From NCBI GenBank assembly GCA_002104945.1, contig MCFH01000002.1:1674001-1738000 (forward strand): 64,000 nucleotides of DNA, in the 5' to 3' direction. A program made the position numbers and the translations under genes. Within the stretch, counting starts at the first letter, position 1. Every line of letters begins with the position of its first letter. Source of the DNA: Piromyces finnis finn. Taxonomy: Eukaryota > Fungi > Neocallimastigomycota. Positions 18,686 to 33,100 of this stretch are shown one piece after another. The notes under the pieces were generated by a model that saw nothing but the letters and a program-made list of their open reading frames with translations, was not told the DNA's origin and did not search any database.

Positions 18686-20246
18686 TTTTCTATTTTGTTT
18701 ATTGAAATATTATATAAAAATATAATTAACATTTATGTTATAATTGTATTTATTAAATATAAATGTCAAAAGTATATCTGTATATTGGATATATAATATA
18801 TTGTTTTGATTATTTCTTCAAATAAATTATATTAATATCTTGATAAATATTCATAAATTACAAATCATATCATTCTTATTAAAATTAAATTATTTTTGAC
18901 ATGTAATCCATTGCTAATAATATATACCACAGGCTTTTAACATGATCTTGTTTATGTCTATTACTTAAAATTAAAACTAAACATATATATCCATTGAAAT
19001 ATTTATTTTTACATTAATGTGTTTCTATTATTTTGGAATAAAATCTTTAAATCATATATTATTAATTAATGATTAATAATAAGTTTTTTGCTCGATATAC
19101 TGGATTGATTTTAAACATTTGAAGAAATAAATTATTTATTTCCGTGTGTATATTATATATAAATTAAAATAATAAACCATTGTATACACTTTCTATTGGG
19201 ATTATTATTATTTGCTTTTCTTTATTTATTCAATTTAATTATAGATAATATTAATCCTTACTTTAATACCAAACTACTTTTTTTTTTAAAGAAAATTTTT
19301 TTAAAAAAAAACGAAATTAAAAAAAAAAAAAATAAAAATTTAGTATATTATAATTATGATAATAGATAATAATTAATTATTAAAATTTTTGATAATAAAA
19401 TTAATATAATATTTACTAGAGATTATGTGGTTGGACTTAGTTATTGGTAGTAAAAAGTAGTAGTAAGAATAATAAAAATAATAAGATTGAATAAAATTGT
19501 TAATACTATTATTTTTTTTTTAACATTTGTTAATAGATTTAATTAAATTATATTATATACAATATATAATTATATATATTGTATATAATATGAATTAAAT
19601 AGATAATACATATAATTGATAAATCAATTCATAATATATGTACTTAATATTATAGTATAAATAAATATACTATTCATAACATATTAATATATTAATAACT
19701 AAAAAGTTTTCTTATAGTGAATATCAAATAGTTTTAAGGCTACTAAAAATTGTATATATTATGATAAAACACGATTGGATAAATTTGAATTGATTACAAA
19801 ATCTTTTTTAGTTATTCATATTAAATAATAGAATCTATTATTTATCAAAATACATAGTAATAATTAAGATAATTTTTTTTTATTTAAAATAACTACATTA
19901 ACATTTTTTTAATAACTATATATTAAGCAAATAATTTACTATTAACCTTAAAATAATACTACATATCAAATATATAGATACTTATAAATATTTATATACT
20001 ATATAATTATTAACACAGCGTAATCTATAAGTACTATTATTTATCTTTATTGATATTTTAAATTTATCAAGTGTTCTTTCACCTTTCACAATTAATAAAA
20101 ATAAATAAATACAATATATCAAAAAAAATTTTTTATTAATTATTACATATTCTTATTCACCAAGACTTGTGGGTTTTTGTTTTTTTTTAGTAGGGGTTTA
20201 TGGTTATATTATATTAAAATTAATAATAATTCATAATATTAATAAT

Positions 20247-20316
20247 AGCCAATCATTTTAAAGCAAAAATCTAGTGTTTTATATTTTCAAAAAGATTATG
20301 TCATAGAGCCAATCAG
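20247..20316 (+). promoter_or_regulatory. Pair of consensus CCAAT boxes (AGCCAATCA) 60 bp apart
   Basis: AGCCAATCA at 20247-20255 and AGCCAATCAG at 20307-20316, in the intergenic region between the divergently transcribed VMA13 and ELP6. Function is not demonstrated. Confidence 0.3.
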
Positions 20317-21357
20317 GCCAACTAAAATTAATTTCTATAATAGATCATGGTCAAATGATATCACGATATTATTGTGATAATTTTATGATTTATATACATA
20401 AAATATTGACAATATGAAAGTGGATGATCCATAATTTTATAATTTAAAACATCAAATAAAAAAAATAAATCTATATTTGACTTTTATAAGAAATAAAAAA
20501 AATATTAAATTTAAATAAATCCTCAAACATAATGCTTTCGTTTTGTTTTTTTAATAATACATATTATTATATATATTAAATTATATTAATATTATTTTAT
20601 CATTAAAAATATTAAATATTCATTCCATTAATTAACTTATTTCTAGCATATTATAAAATTTTATAAAAACAGTTCATAGTTTATTTAATTTTAATTTATT
20701 CAAACTATATATAAATTTATGGTGCTCACAATAATTTTTAATATATTTATATTTTTCAATTTAATGAAAATATTAAGTATTTTTGAGTATAAAGTATCTA
20801 TATACATTAAAGAAAATGATATCTTAATAATTAATAGAAATAATAAACTTATTTGTAACATTATTATTTAAATAAAATAATAGTATAATTTCTCAAAAAA
20901 AAAAAAAAAAGATTAATAAAACTTTAAGAAAAAAATATATTTATATTACATACTTGATTAATCCTTCCTCCATTCTTATTTTTGTATTAATAATAATTAC
21001 AATTTTACATAAACATAAATTTAGACAAATCTTGTTGCATTATATGATATAAAATTCTGTCATTAATATTCATTTTTCTTTATTTATTTATTTTTTTTTT
21101 AAAATTATAATTTTAAAATTTGTTTAAAATATCATTTTATTTAATTTTATTTTTATCTATAAAAAAATAAAATTTCTGTTTAATAGAAATATTAAAAATA
21201 TTATTAGAGTCATCCAATCAAAATCATTTTAAATTCTAAAAATTATAAAAAAATAAAGGTTATAAATTATTATATAAAATAATTTGTATTATGAGAAGAT
21301 AAAAATTTATAGAAAATAGCAGTTAAAATAGCTTAAAGATAGTAAAACTTTGGAATA

Positions 21358-22318
21358 ATGTATGCACCAATTGATAATGTACTTCCAAATCAAAATGGAA
21401 AATCAATTTTAATAGCAGACACTATATTTGCTGATGCTGCATTCTTAGTAAACCATTTTTTAAGTAAATCAATTAAAAATAAGGATGGAAATGTTATATT
21501 GATATCTTTTACTAGTAATTATACACAATATGAATCAATACAGAAAAAGATGGGAAACAACTTAAAACTTTATAAAGATACAGAAAAATTAAATTTCATA
21601 GATGCAAATTTAATATCAACTGAAAAAAATAATATTTCATTAGATGCTTTATACACAAGAATAAAAAATATCTTAGGTGAAACATCATTTGAATCAACAA
21701 CTTTAATATTAGATGATATAACACATTTAGTTTATATCGAATACCCAATGAATGAGATTTTAGATTTTGAATATAAATGTCGTAATATTTGTAAAAAGGT
21801 AATATTATAATAAAAAATGTTAATGTATAGAATTTTACATAATTAAAAATTCTAAAATGTCAAAATATTAAATATAATAAAAATTTTAAAAATTATAATG
21901 TTATTATATATTAAATATATATATATATAAATTAAATAATATAGTATAATTGTGATTTAGTAGTAAAAATTCATAAAGATGTTTGTGAAACTAGTGATGC
22001 TGATTCAATATCTATAAATCATAAGCAATTACTTAATTATCTCATCAATTCATATGAATATATAATTGAAATAAATGAATTAGAAAGTGGATATACTGAT
22101 GATATTCAAGGACAAGTATGTATCATAATTAATCATTTAAATAATAATAGTATTAATATAATTAATATATTTTAAATTTTATATAATAGTTATCATTTGC
22201 AAGAGGTGTATCATGTACTCAATATGATTTTAATCCAAGATTATATCATTATAAAATTAATGAAAATCCAGCATTTTCAAAATTTTATGCTAAAGGTTTA
22301 ATTGAAGGAACAATATAA
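21358..22318 (+). CDS. ELP6: Elongator complex protein 6, 3 exons
   Basis: KSILIADTIFADAAFLVNHFLSKS...VILISFTSNYTQYESIQKKMGNNL...LILDDITHL (RecA-like Elp6 fold). Later exons read ...YIIEINELESGYTDDIQGQ-LSFARG...FYAKGLIEGTI*. Confidence 0.8.
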
Positions 22319-22816
22319 AAAAATACTGTTTTTTTTTCTTCTGGAAATAAATTCATCTTGATAATAGAATTATAGAAGTTAAAAAGTTAAAATAATAATA
22401 TTTAAATATTGATATTATTAAATAAGTACAATAATTACAATAATAATAATAATAATAATAATAATTTTGAATAATACCTAAAAGTCTAAAAATCATTTAA
22501 ACATAATGCTAATAAAATACATAAACGCTAGTATTATATAGAATATCGTCTTTTAATAATTATATATAAAATACTTTTTTTTTTATTAATATAATAAAAA
22601 CTAAAATAATAATAATGCTAATAATAATAAGATGATTAATCATTTATTTTATTTGTATATAAATATAGATATATGGATATATATACAAAATCACTTCATT
22701 ATACAATTAATTATTTATAACTATTTAAAAAGTATGGTATAAATTAATTTAATAGATTAAATTCAATTAGAAAGAAAAAAAAATCAAATGGCATATATTT
22801 TATGACCAAAACAGAT

Positions 22817-23028
22817 TCAATGTCGTCTAAAATGTCTAAATAAATCAGAAAATTGATCTCTAATTGAGTTACCAAAACTCATATTTAATGAGCTATGATG
22901 ATTTTGAGTATTTGAATGATGAATAATGCTATTAAATCTAGATAAAAATGACAGTGATGATACTCTTTCGCCATTGTTATTTATTCTAGCTTCTGTAGTA
23001 TTATTTTCATTTGTGTGTCTATTAATTC

Positions 23029-23123
<95 letters not shown>

Positions 23124-24940
23124 GTATTAGTATTATTATTATTATTAATATCAATATTTCTAATTTCATTTAAACAATGCTCCATATAATCTATATGTTG
23201 TTGTCTTATTTCATATTGTGATGAACGGAGTTGCTCCATAAGGTTATCAACTCTATTTATTCTCATTCTTAAATTCCGGGTATCGTGTAACGTTCTAGGA
23301 TCTTGATAATGACCTGTTTCACTAAGATTATTTAATCTGGTTCCAAACACAGGAAATTCAGTATTAGTAGTATTGATGTCGTGATTGATAGAAGATTCAG
23401 CTAATGAAGCTGTTGAAACCTCATTTTGGTCATTACTGATGCATAAAATTTCATCTTCAGTATCTTCTTTATTTATATCTAATATTTTTAATCCATAACA
23501 TTTTTTTTTTTTTTTTTTTTTTTTTTGGTTTTAGTTTTTAAAAAATTAAACACTTAAATTAATACGTATGATATTATTATATGGAATAAAATTATATAAA
23601 TATTTACCTGAAGAATTAGATTCAATATTTTTTTTTTGTTTTTCAGATTTTACTTTTAGGAATTTTTCATTTAAATCCTGAATTACGGTGTAAATGATAT
23701 TATCATTATTACAGTTAAACTCGCTAAAGTAATTAATAAACGATTTAAATTTATCAATAATTCTTCCCTCTTCATCCAATAAGCCAACAACCACTGTTTG
23801 AGAAGGTGTGATACATGATCTTGATAATCGATTATTATTATAGCGGGGTAATAATGAATGAATTGTTCTATTTCTTCTCTGCCTTCCAGTATTAGAAACT
23901 CTGTTTCGATTTAAAGTATTAGAAATGTTAGAAATGCTAGAATTGCCTGATAAAGGTTGATGTTGATAATGATGATTATTTATTATAGAGTTGTTGTTAT
24001 TATTATTAATTGTTATTGATGAAATATTATTATTCCTATTTCTATTATGGTATATTGTAGTTTGATTTGACGATAAAGGAATTCTTTCAGGGAAATTCAA
24101 AATATAATGAGAATTTACACGAAAAGCATTTCTTCTAATAAGACTTCTTAAAGTATCAATTTCCAAGGCTTGCCTATTGTTATCATTTATCGACGATAGA
24201 CTTGAATACCAATTATTGGTATTAGATAAGTTATTATTGTTTAATCCATTTCTGGGAACAACGTTATTACTATTATTGTTATTTGTATAAGACATAGAAG
24301 GTGAAAACCGAGAATAATTTGGCAATAAATCATTATTATCATGATTTTCTATTATTGATTGAACTAAAGGATTATTATTAATTCTACTATATGTTATATC
24401 ATCATTATTGATACTATTATTATTATTTTCATTACTGCTGTTATTGTTGTAATGATTATTTATACTTCTGCTATAATTATTATTACTGTTATTACTACCC
24501 CTATTACCATTTCTTCCATTTCTAGTATATTCTACATTTGAAGCATTAGGAAAAGTATAATCTAAATTTGAAATAGATAAAGATACGTCATATGAATGAC
24601 GAACAGTAGTATTATTACCATAGTTATAATAATCAGAATTAAAATTGTTACGTGATCTTGATGCACGGTTATTGTTCATTCTATTACGGTTATATTGTCT
24701 TGATTCTAAATTTATTTGTTCAATACTTTCAATTTCATTTCCATTATTATCCATTATGTAATTATTGTCATAGTCATTCATTATACCATTTTCAATTTTA
24801 TTACCATTTTCATCGAATACCTTTCTTAAATCATAATGAGATTCTATCATTAAATTTAAATTGTTGGATAAAGATTCCATCCATTCTGGAGAAAACCGAT
24901 TTACATAATTATCATAATGCGATAGATAATTTCCATTCAT
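22817..24940 (-). CDS. Asn-rich low-complexity hypothetical protein (at least 2 exons; start may be further upstream)
   Basis: Long open frames 23546..24940 and 22817..~23500, separated by an intron-like AT/poly-A gap. Poly-Asn tracts are encoded by AAT repeats. Confidence 0.6.
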
Positions 24941-25788
24941 TGATACCTACTAAATAAATTTTCCAGCTAAGATATTACAATCCTTTGTTTGCTTTATAAA
25001 TTATTGTTTAATTATAATAATTAAGATATTTATTTCTATAAATGATTATTATATTTATAATTAAATATTTTTTTATTATTATTATTTAAATTTACGTTGA
25101 AATAACTATTAAAATAAACAAATGCCTTACTATTAAGTATTTAAAAAAAAAAAAAATAAAATATTAATAAAATTTTTCAGATGATATTGTAATTGTTTTT
25201 TAATTTATTTTAAATATACACTAAAACTAAAAAATTTTGATTATATGGTTAAAAATTAAAATTTTAATTATTTTAATTTAAATTTAAAGGATTATTATTT
25301 AATATATCTAAAATAAAAAATGATCTTTTACACAAATTTTAATATTTTTATTTGACTATAAAATATTTAAATATATTTTTAAATGAATAAAAAATTATTG
25401 AAAATGTTAATTTTTATCTTATTCTCAAAGTTTTTATTTTAATATAAAATTATGAATTATCAAAGTATAAATATCACAAATATATTACCCATTGATCAAA
25501 AAGTACACTGTTTTAAATAAGTCAATGATAAAATATATATTAATATTTTGATATTGTACTTATCATCATTTCATAGGAAAAACTTTTTATTTATACAAAA
25601 AAATAACAATATAGTATTAAAATATATATTAAATATACTTCTATTATAAAAATATAGTCTATAAATATTAGAAAAAAAAAAATGTAGAAAATGAGTAAAA
25701 GGTAAAAATTATAAAAAAAAAAAAAAAAAAAAAATTAAAATAAATAAATTATGAATTTAAAGATCTCAATATATAATAATAATGAAAA

Positions 25789-27570
25789 TTAATAAATATT
25801 TAAACAACTAGCTTCATTTTCTTCATCATTTAAATCACTTTCTCTGATGGTAGCCTTTCCATGTTTTATTATCCAATAAATTTGTTCCCTTGGAAGAGAA
25901 AGAATGGTGATTTCATCCTCTTGACAAAACTTATTAATAATTTCATTAAATTCATTAATTTTTTCATCAAGAGCTTCTGGGGTTATCATAAGAGTTTGAT
26001 TAACAATTTCTTCATAATCTGAATTTTCATCCATAACTTTTTGAAGAGGAGTTAATTCTTTTTCAATAACTTTATCCCAATATTCTGTTTTTCTAGCAAT
26101 TTTATTGGCTTTTAATAATTTATAAGCTTTGACAAAGCAAATAATATATAACAAACGATAAAGATCAGGGATTTTTTCAAACTTAAGATTAAATATCTTA
26201 TTCATAACATAGTTGTTAATATCTATGAAAATTTTTGACATGTCTAACCATGACATATAATCATTCTTTCTAAGGTCACAATATTTTTGATGGGTTTCCA
26301 GTGATTTTGAATATTGGCGTAATAAATAGTAACATTTAGCTGAAAAAGAAAACAAGCCTGGTTCTTTTGGATCCTTTTAGTTCATATATATTAGTTTTGG
26401 TATTTTGAAATTATAAAAGTTTCCATATAATATAATAATAGATATGTTAATTATAATTACAATTTCGTTATTGTTATAAAATTGTTAAAAATTCATTATT
26501 ATATATTTTTTAAGTATATAATTAAACAATAGAATGAGTATTAGTATTTAGCATTCAATAATAATAATAATAATAATAAATCTTTTTCCTATAGAAATTC
26601 AAAATTTACCAATTTTTCAACATATGGTGCAATTTCATTAGTACGATCCATCTAAATTGTTATATTTAAATAAAATAATAAATATTTGATTATATTAAAT
26701 AATATTAATAAAAATATGTAATAGTTTTGAGATTACTTGAATTAAACAACGAATAGCAATTTCTAAAATTTCACGTTCATTAATGAATTTTCCTTTACTT
26801 TTATTGCATTCTAGATATTTATCACAACAATTTTTTATATATTGATATGAAATTTCTTTATATAACTTTATATTTTGAATTTGTTCTTTTGGTAAACTAT
26901 TGTTATCTTTCATTTTCATTACTGAATAATACCATTCGATGGCTTGTTTGACTGTATTAGGTCCATTTTTAGATGCAAAAAATACATTTGAAATTTCTTC
27001 TAATGGTAACTCGTATCCCTTATAAATTAAATTATTTTTAAATTTTAGATTTCATTATCAAATGATGAATTTCAAATAATATTTATATTATATATATCAA
27101 TAATAATTAATTTTTATTTTGTTTTTTGTTTTTTTGTTTTTTAATAGATAAAATTATATAAAATTAAGATTGGATTATAATTCTATTCTTTTTAAAAAAA
27201 AAAAAAAAAATCCAACATAATAATAAATTTCTTATTATCTTTTTCATTTAATAAATAATACATACTCCTGTTAAAAAGTTTGGTCTATAAGTAGCAATAG
27301 AATTCTCTTTCCTCATTCTTTCTAAAGCTCTTTCCTCCTTACTAACACTCTGGGTAAAAAAATCATCATCATCATCAATATCTACTGCGAATTGAAAAAT
27401 CCCATGAAATTCCTCGGCTTCCATATCCATTTTTCTTATATTTATCACTTTTACTTTTCTTTATTCAATATCTTTTGATAAAATAAATAAATTTTATTAT
27501 TAAATCTTCTTGTATCTATTAATATAAAATATACATACATATGCTTCTTTTCCCTTTCAAAACTAATCTT
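25789..27570 (-). CDS. Multi-exon TPR-like helical protein, possibly C8orf76-like
   Basis: Exons encode DDDDDFFTQS...ATYRPNFLTG / GYELPLEEISNVFF...EREILEIAIRCLIQ / MDRTNEIAPYVEK / DPKEPGLFSFSAKCYYLLRQYSKSLETHQKYCDLRKNDYMSWLDMSKIF, a TPR-like helical pattern. The 5' boundary is approximate. Confidence 0.55.
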
Positions 27571-28052
27571 TATTTTTATAATTTTAATGTTAAAAAAATT
27601 TTTTTGTTATTGTTAAAAGCATATTATTAAGCCATAAGAGATAAACTTGATACTTATGTTTTATCATTATATATTAGTATATTTATTTAATAAGCCACAA
27701 AATATGATTTTAATTGAATTGTCACCCTAATTGTAATTTATTAAATTAATTATATTTTAATGGATTTGAATATTTGTTAAAATAAAATATAATTACTCTA
27801 TATATTGTTTTTTCAAGTAATTTTTTCATTTATTTATTTATTAAAATAATAAAGCTTAATAATATGTTAATAATGAAAGTAAATGATAATCTTTTATATC
27901 ACATTAAAGAAAAAAAAAAAAAAGTATTATAAAACTAAATAATTACAAATTTATAATTTCTGCTTAAAAGTCTGGTAAGAGAAAAAATTGCCTGGTTAGA
28001 AATTGTGCTAGGGTTTTATCATTCAAAGAAAATAATAATATAAAAAAAAAAA

Positions 28053-30137
28053 ATGATTGATGAAAATATAACCTTTGAAATATCACCAATAAACGTTATT
28101 ACATATCAGTTTAATAATAAAAATAATGAATGGATACCTGTGAATAATATAAAAAAGATAACTACATTTTATTTTCAAGTTTTACTACCAAAAAACATAC
28201 AAGAAAATGAAATAAATAATAAACCATACAAAATTAAAACTATTAATAATGAAAAGATAATTATGGAACAACTTGAAAAAGAAATAGAAAATAAAAAGAA
28301 AGAAATTTTCCCCTATCCAGTTATTATAATGGCAAATAAATTAGTTGATACAACTATGATTATTATTGAAAAATTCTTCCCATCAAAAATTTTTATAGAA
28401 AAGGGAAATGACTACTTCTGTATATTACGAACAGAATATCTTCTTCCCATTGTTGGTTTTCAATTTACTTCATCCATATTATTAGATCGTTTTAAAACTC
28501 AATTTGAAAAATGTCTTTTTATGATAAACAGAATAAATGAAAATCAAGGATTTTTAAGTAGCTCTAATCTACTACCAGAAACTAATCAAAGTCAACCACC
28601 ACTATTGAATGATATCAATATAAATAAATCGGATGTTGAAAATAAGATTAAATTAACTTTAATTAAAAACTATTGTTATAACGATATGAAAATACAGATG
28701 TATTCTGAAAAACAAAAAGAAAAATCTATTTATCACTATCCATCATATTATGGAACAATTATTACATCTTCTATAAATTTGATTCATATGAATCTAATCC
28801 TATATATAGAAATGATATTTAAAAATTATTGTTATTACAAAAACCTTTCAACATCTATTTTTCCTCTTAATCAAATTTTTTTAGCGTCGAAAATAATATA
28901 TGATAATAAAGAATGGACAGGATTGCCTCTTTTCGAAAAAAATAAATTATTTTTAGAAGTAAGTTCATTAGACTCTATACATATCCAAAAATATCTTCAA
29001 CCATTTAAGCTATTAAATAAATATACTACTATATATTGTCATCATAATCAATTATCAAATCTAATAAAAAGTTCTTTAAAGGATTTAACCTCTAAATTAT
29101 ATGCGCGAATAAATCAACTTGAATATACACTACGAAAACAACTCTGGGTTTTCCATCATGAAGTTTTTCATTTCATTATGTATGGAATAAAAGATTCAGA
29201 TATAAAAGTTACCTCAGAAAATTATTTAGAATTATTAAGCAAAAATAAACAGAAATATTCTGATTTATGGAAAGAAGCTTCATCATGTATTGTATATCAA
29301 AGCCACCTCAATTCATCAAATCACTCTAAAATTACAGATAATAAATTAGATAATTCAATTCATACTTGTTTTCATTTTATTTCCGATTTCTATGATTTCC
29401 AAAAACAATGGTATTCAATTCTTCCAAAAAACTTTAAATATCATCAGGATTGTATAAATAGCACCAACAAAATAAAAAATCATTTATTTAATACTTCTTC
29501 ATCATTACCATCAGGTAATATGCACTGAATTTTACCTATTTTTATATATTAGAATTACCGATTTATATACTATATTATTTCAATATATAATGCATTTCAA
29601 TTTTATAAACTATATTATTTCAATATATAATGCATTTCAATTTTATTTGATATTTTTAAAGCATAATTAAAAATAATTACTAATTTTAAAAATATATAAT
29701 TAATTATCAGTGATAAAAAAAATAACTTATTCTTTTAAAAATATCTAATTATTTATTACTTATCCATTTATTTATATTTTTACTTATAATATTTAGTTAA
29801 TAAAAATCAACTAGAAACTCTCTATCAATATGGATTTGTATCTACTTATGCAATGACCTCCTTTTACGAAGATTTGGCTGAAACATGGGCATTTCTCTTA
29901 ACTTATAATTATATGTTAGACGCATATCTCGATCAAGATTATTCATTTTTAAAGCAATTAAAAACATCTGAAAATATTGAAAGTATAAAAAGTTTGTTAA
30001 AAACAATAAATTTTTGTTATAAATCCATAGAAAAAGATAACTCTTTCCATCATGAAAAAATTTTAATTTTTAACTATAAAATATTAAAAAATAAAATTGA
30101 ATTATTACTATCATTTGTATTCATAAATATACAATAA
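28053..30137 (+). CDS. EVH1/WH1-like N-terminal domain fused to an HExxH zinc-metallopeptidase-like domain, 2 exons
   Basis: Exon 1 is 28053-29514 and exon 2 is 29797-30137, joined by a phase-1 GT-AG intron. Motifs: VFHHEVFHF (HExxH) and GFVSTYAMTSFYEDLAETWAFLL. The N-terminus has YQFNNKNNEWIPV and IVGFQFTSSILLDRFKTQFEKC. Confidence 0.7.
29569..29646. repeat. 40-bp tandem duplication (~1.9 copies) in an intron
   Basis: ACTATATTATTTCAATATATAATGCATTTCAATTTTAT occurs at 29569 and 29609. Confidence 0.85.
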
Positions 30138-33100
30138 TAAATATATTTTATTCTTAGTATTTTAACTATGGATGATTATAGAAAAATATAAAATAGTATC
30201 ATTAGTATAATTAATAAATATTCATATACATAAAACCATTACATATCACATGATTTAATTATTCACTTTTGATTTTTCATAGCATAAATCTATATAAATA
30301 AAAAATATATATTTTATAATTATATATTTATATTATCAATATAATTCAAATAATAAAATATAATATTATTTCCTTAATTTCATTTTTCTATCATATTTAT
30401 ATAATATTACTATGAATATGGTATTTACATTTTAAAATTCCATTAAAAAAGTATTATTATTTCACATTTATAAAATTAAAATTATTAAAACGATCCTATT
30501 TTAAAAATTAACCTGCATAATACTTGAAAAAGCTAAAATCAAAACAAAAAGAAAAAAAAAATTAAAACTGAAATTATATTCTAAATATATTTTATATCTA
30601 TTCTATTATTCTTACTATTATATAATAATTATAATATTAAATTGTAATTTTTATTCTTTAAAAAAAAAAAGGAAAATGTTGGTTTGTGGGTAAGATATTT
30701 TATGATTTTCTTTGATAAAAAAAAAATTAGAATACATTAAATTTTAATTTAAATTTTAAATAAAAATTTTAATATAAAAAAAAAGATTTTTAAGATGAAT
30801 ATTTTATTAATCTTCATGAAACTAAAATTCGAAAGAATGAACAGTTAAATAATAATACTAATAATACTATTATTATTAAAATTATTATTGCTTTATATGG
30901 GATATTAATTGAAATTAGAAGTATAATACTTTTGTTATAAATCTTTTCACCTACATTTTTCTCTATCATTTCAGGCGTTTAGCTTTGATGGATGTAGGAT
31001 TTTTTTTTTATTATTAATTTGTTTCATATATTTTTATACTTATTTAATCCATACGGTAAAATTAAATAACCATAAAAGGTAAAAATTATATATTTAAAAA
31101 AATATTTTAATATAAAGTATGGTATTAAACTATGAAATTTCAACAAATCAAAATATAAGAAATAAAATTGACGCTTTCAATTTAAAACTATTACTTTATA
31201 TATTATTTTTAAAGTAGTTAGTTGTGGCTTATATTCCTTGATGTTAAAAAAAATATTATTTATTGAAATTATTTTTATAGCAAAATATTTAGATGCTTTA
31301 ACAAGTTTAAACTCTATTGTAAATATTTTTCTTTTCTATAAATATTTAGTTATTTCAATAAATAGTTTAGTTTATTTTATAATAAAAAAGAAATATTATC
31401 ATTTTTTAAAATCATTATGATTTAAAAAAAAAAACCCTGTTGCATTAACAAGTATTAACAAGTAAGACGAATGAAATTTATTGTAGTATATATTAATAGA
31501 ATGAATTGTGGCTCGTTAATATACATTGATTCACTAATATTAAAAAAATTCATGTCTAATTATTTTTAGTTTAATTTAAATATAATTATAAATATATTAA
31601 TTAATATATTTAATAAAATATATTATAATATATTACCTATATATAATGATATAATGTATTCTTCACACATTCAGATAATAATTTCTTAATATAATTCATA
31701 AAATTCTATTAATCAAAGAGTTAATATTTAAGGTTATAAAGTTTCATTGGAATTATTGATATATAAATATTAAATTTACTTTAATATATATAATTATATA
31801 TTTGACATATATTATTTAATTAAGAAATTAAAATAAATATTTTATTGATATCCATTGGCTAAAAAATTTTGTCTACCACGCCATACAAAAAAATAAAGAA
31901 ATGAAAATAATATATAAATATATTATTTTTTGGAAAAAAAATTATATGTAAAATATATAATTATTATATGTAATTATATAATAATTATATATTATATAAA
32001 TCTTAAAATTTTCTTATTATTTATCTCCAATTACTATAATAAACTTTTGAAAAGTTGTCAATGGAAGAAAGACCTTTAAAAGTGAAATGATTTTTATTTA
32101 CAACTAGAATAAAAATTGTGGTTTTTTATGGTTAATCACTTTTTACTTAATATGCAAATAGGATATTAAACTTATTATATAATTATGATTATTCCACTTT
32201 AATTATTGATAATAACAAAAGTTTTCTATTATTTAATTATTATTGATATACCTTGATATATCTTTTTTCTCAGTACTATTAATAAAAGAAATATATCATC
32301 ACATGAATTTATATTTTTATATAGTATGAAAAATAAGAAGCATTAACCACCAATAAATTAAAAGCATGCAACAACAAAAAATAGCGTAAAAGTAATAGGT
32401 ATTCTTATCTTTGTAATATTATTATATTACATATGTTGTTGTTTCAATCAAATATAGATCTTCTTGCTAAAATCTTCCCTGCCATACCCTATGGTTTCAT
32501 TCAAATTTTGCCTTTATTTCCTTGTTAAAAACTAATTACTAATTCGAATTACATTTTTTTTTGTAATATTGGTGAATATTTTTTTGTTTTATTAAATTAT
32601 ATTGCAATATCAAACTTTGCATCAAAAATTCAATCTATTAATATATTAATATTATATTAATTAATTTATTTTATTTAATATTTCATCACAAAAATATATG
32701 TTAATAAAGAATTTATAACATAATTTGTAAATAATTAACTTTTTTTTTTAATAAGGAGCATAATAGTATTATTTTTAATTATTATTTAATAAAGTTTTTA
32801 TATTAAAAATAATATAATTAATATAATTAGCTTTATTTAAATAGATATTTCATTTTATAACATCAATAGCATAATATATTATATTATATATTAATAACAT
32901 ATTATCCATAATGTTAATATTGTTATATATATCATATATTATATATATTAGAATAATATTGCTGACATGCATTTTTAATTTAACTTAAAATTGTTTATAT
33001 GATAAATAATTTTAAATATATAATGAATTAATGTTACAATTAATTGCACGATATATTATATGTATATTAAATACAATTTATTGATATGCTTAATAAAGAA

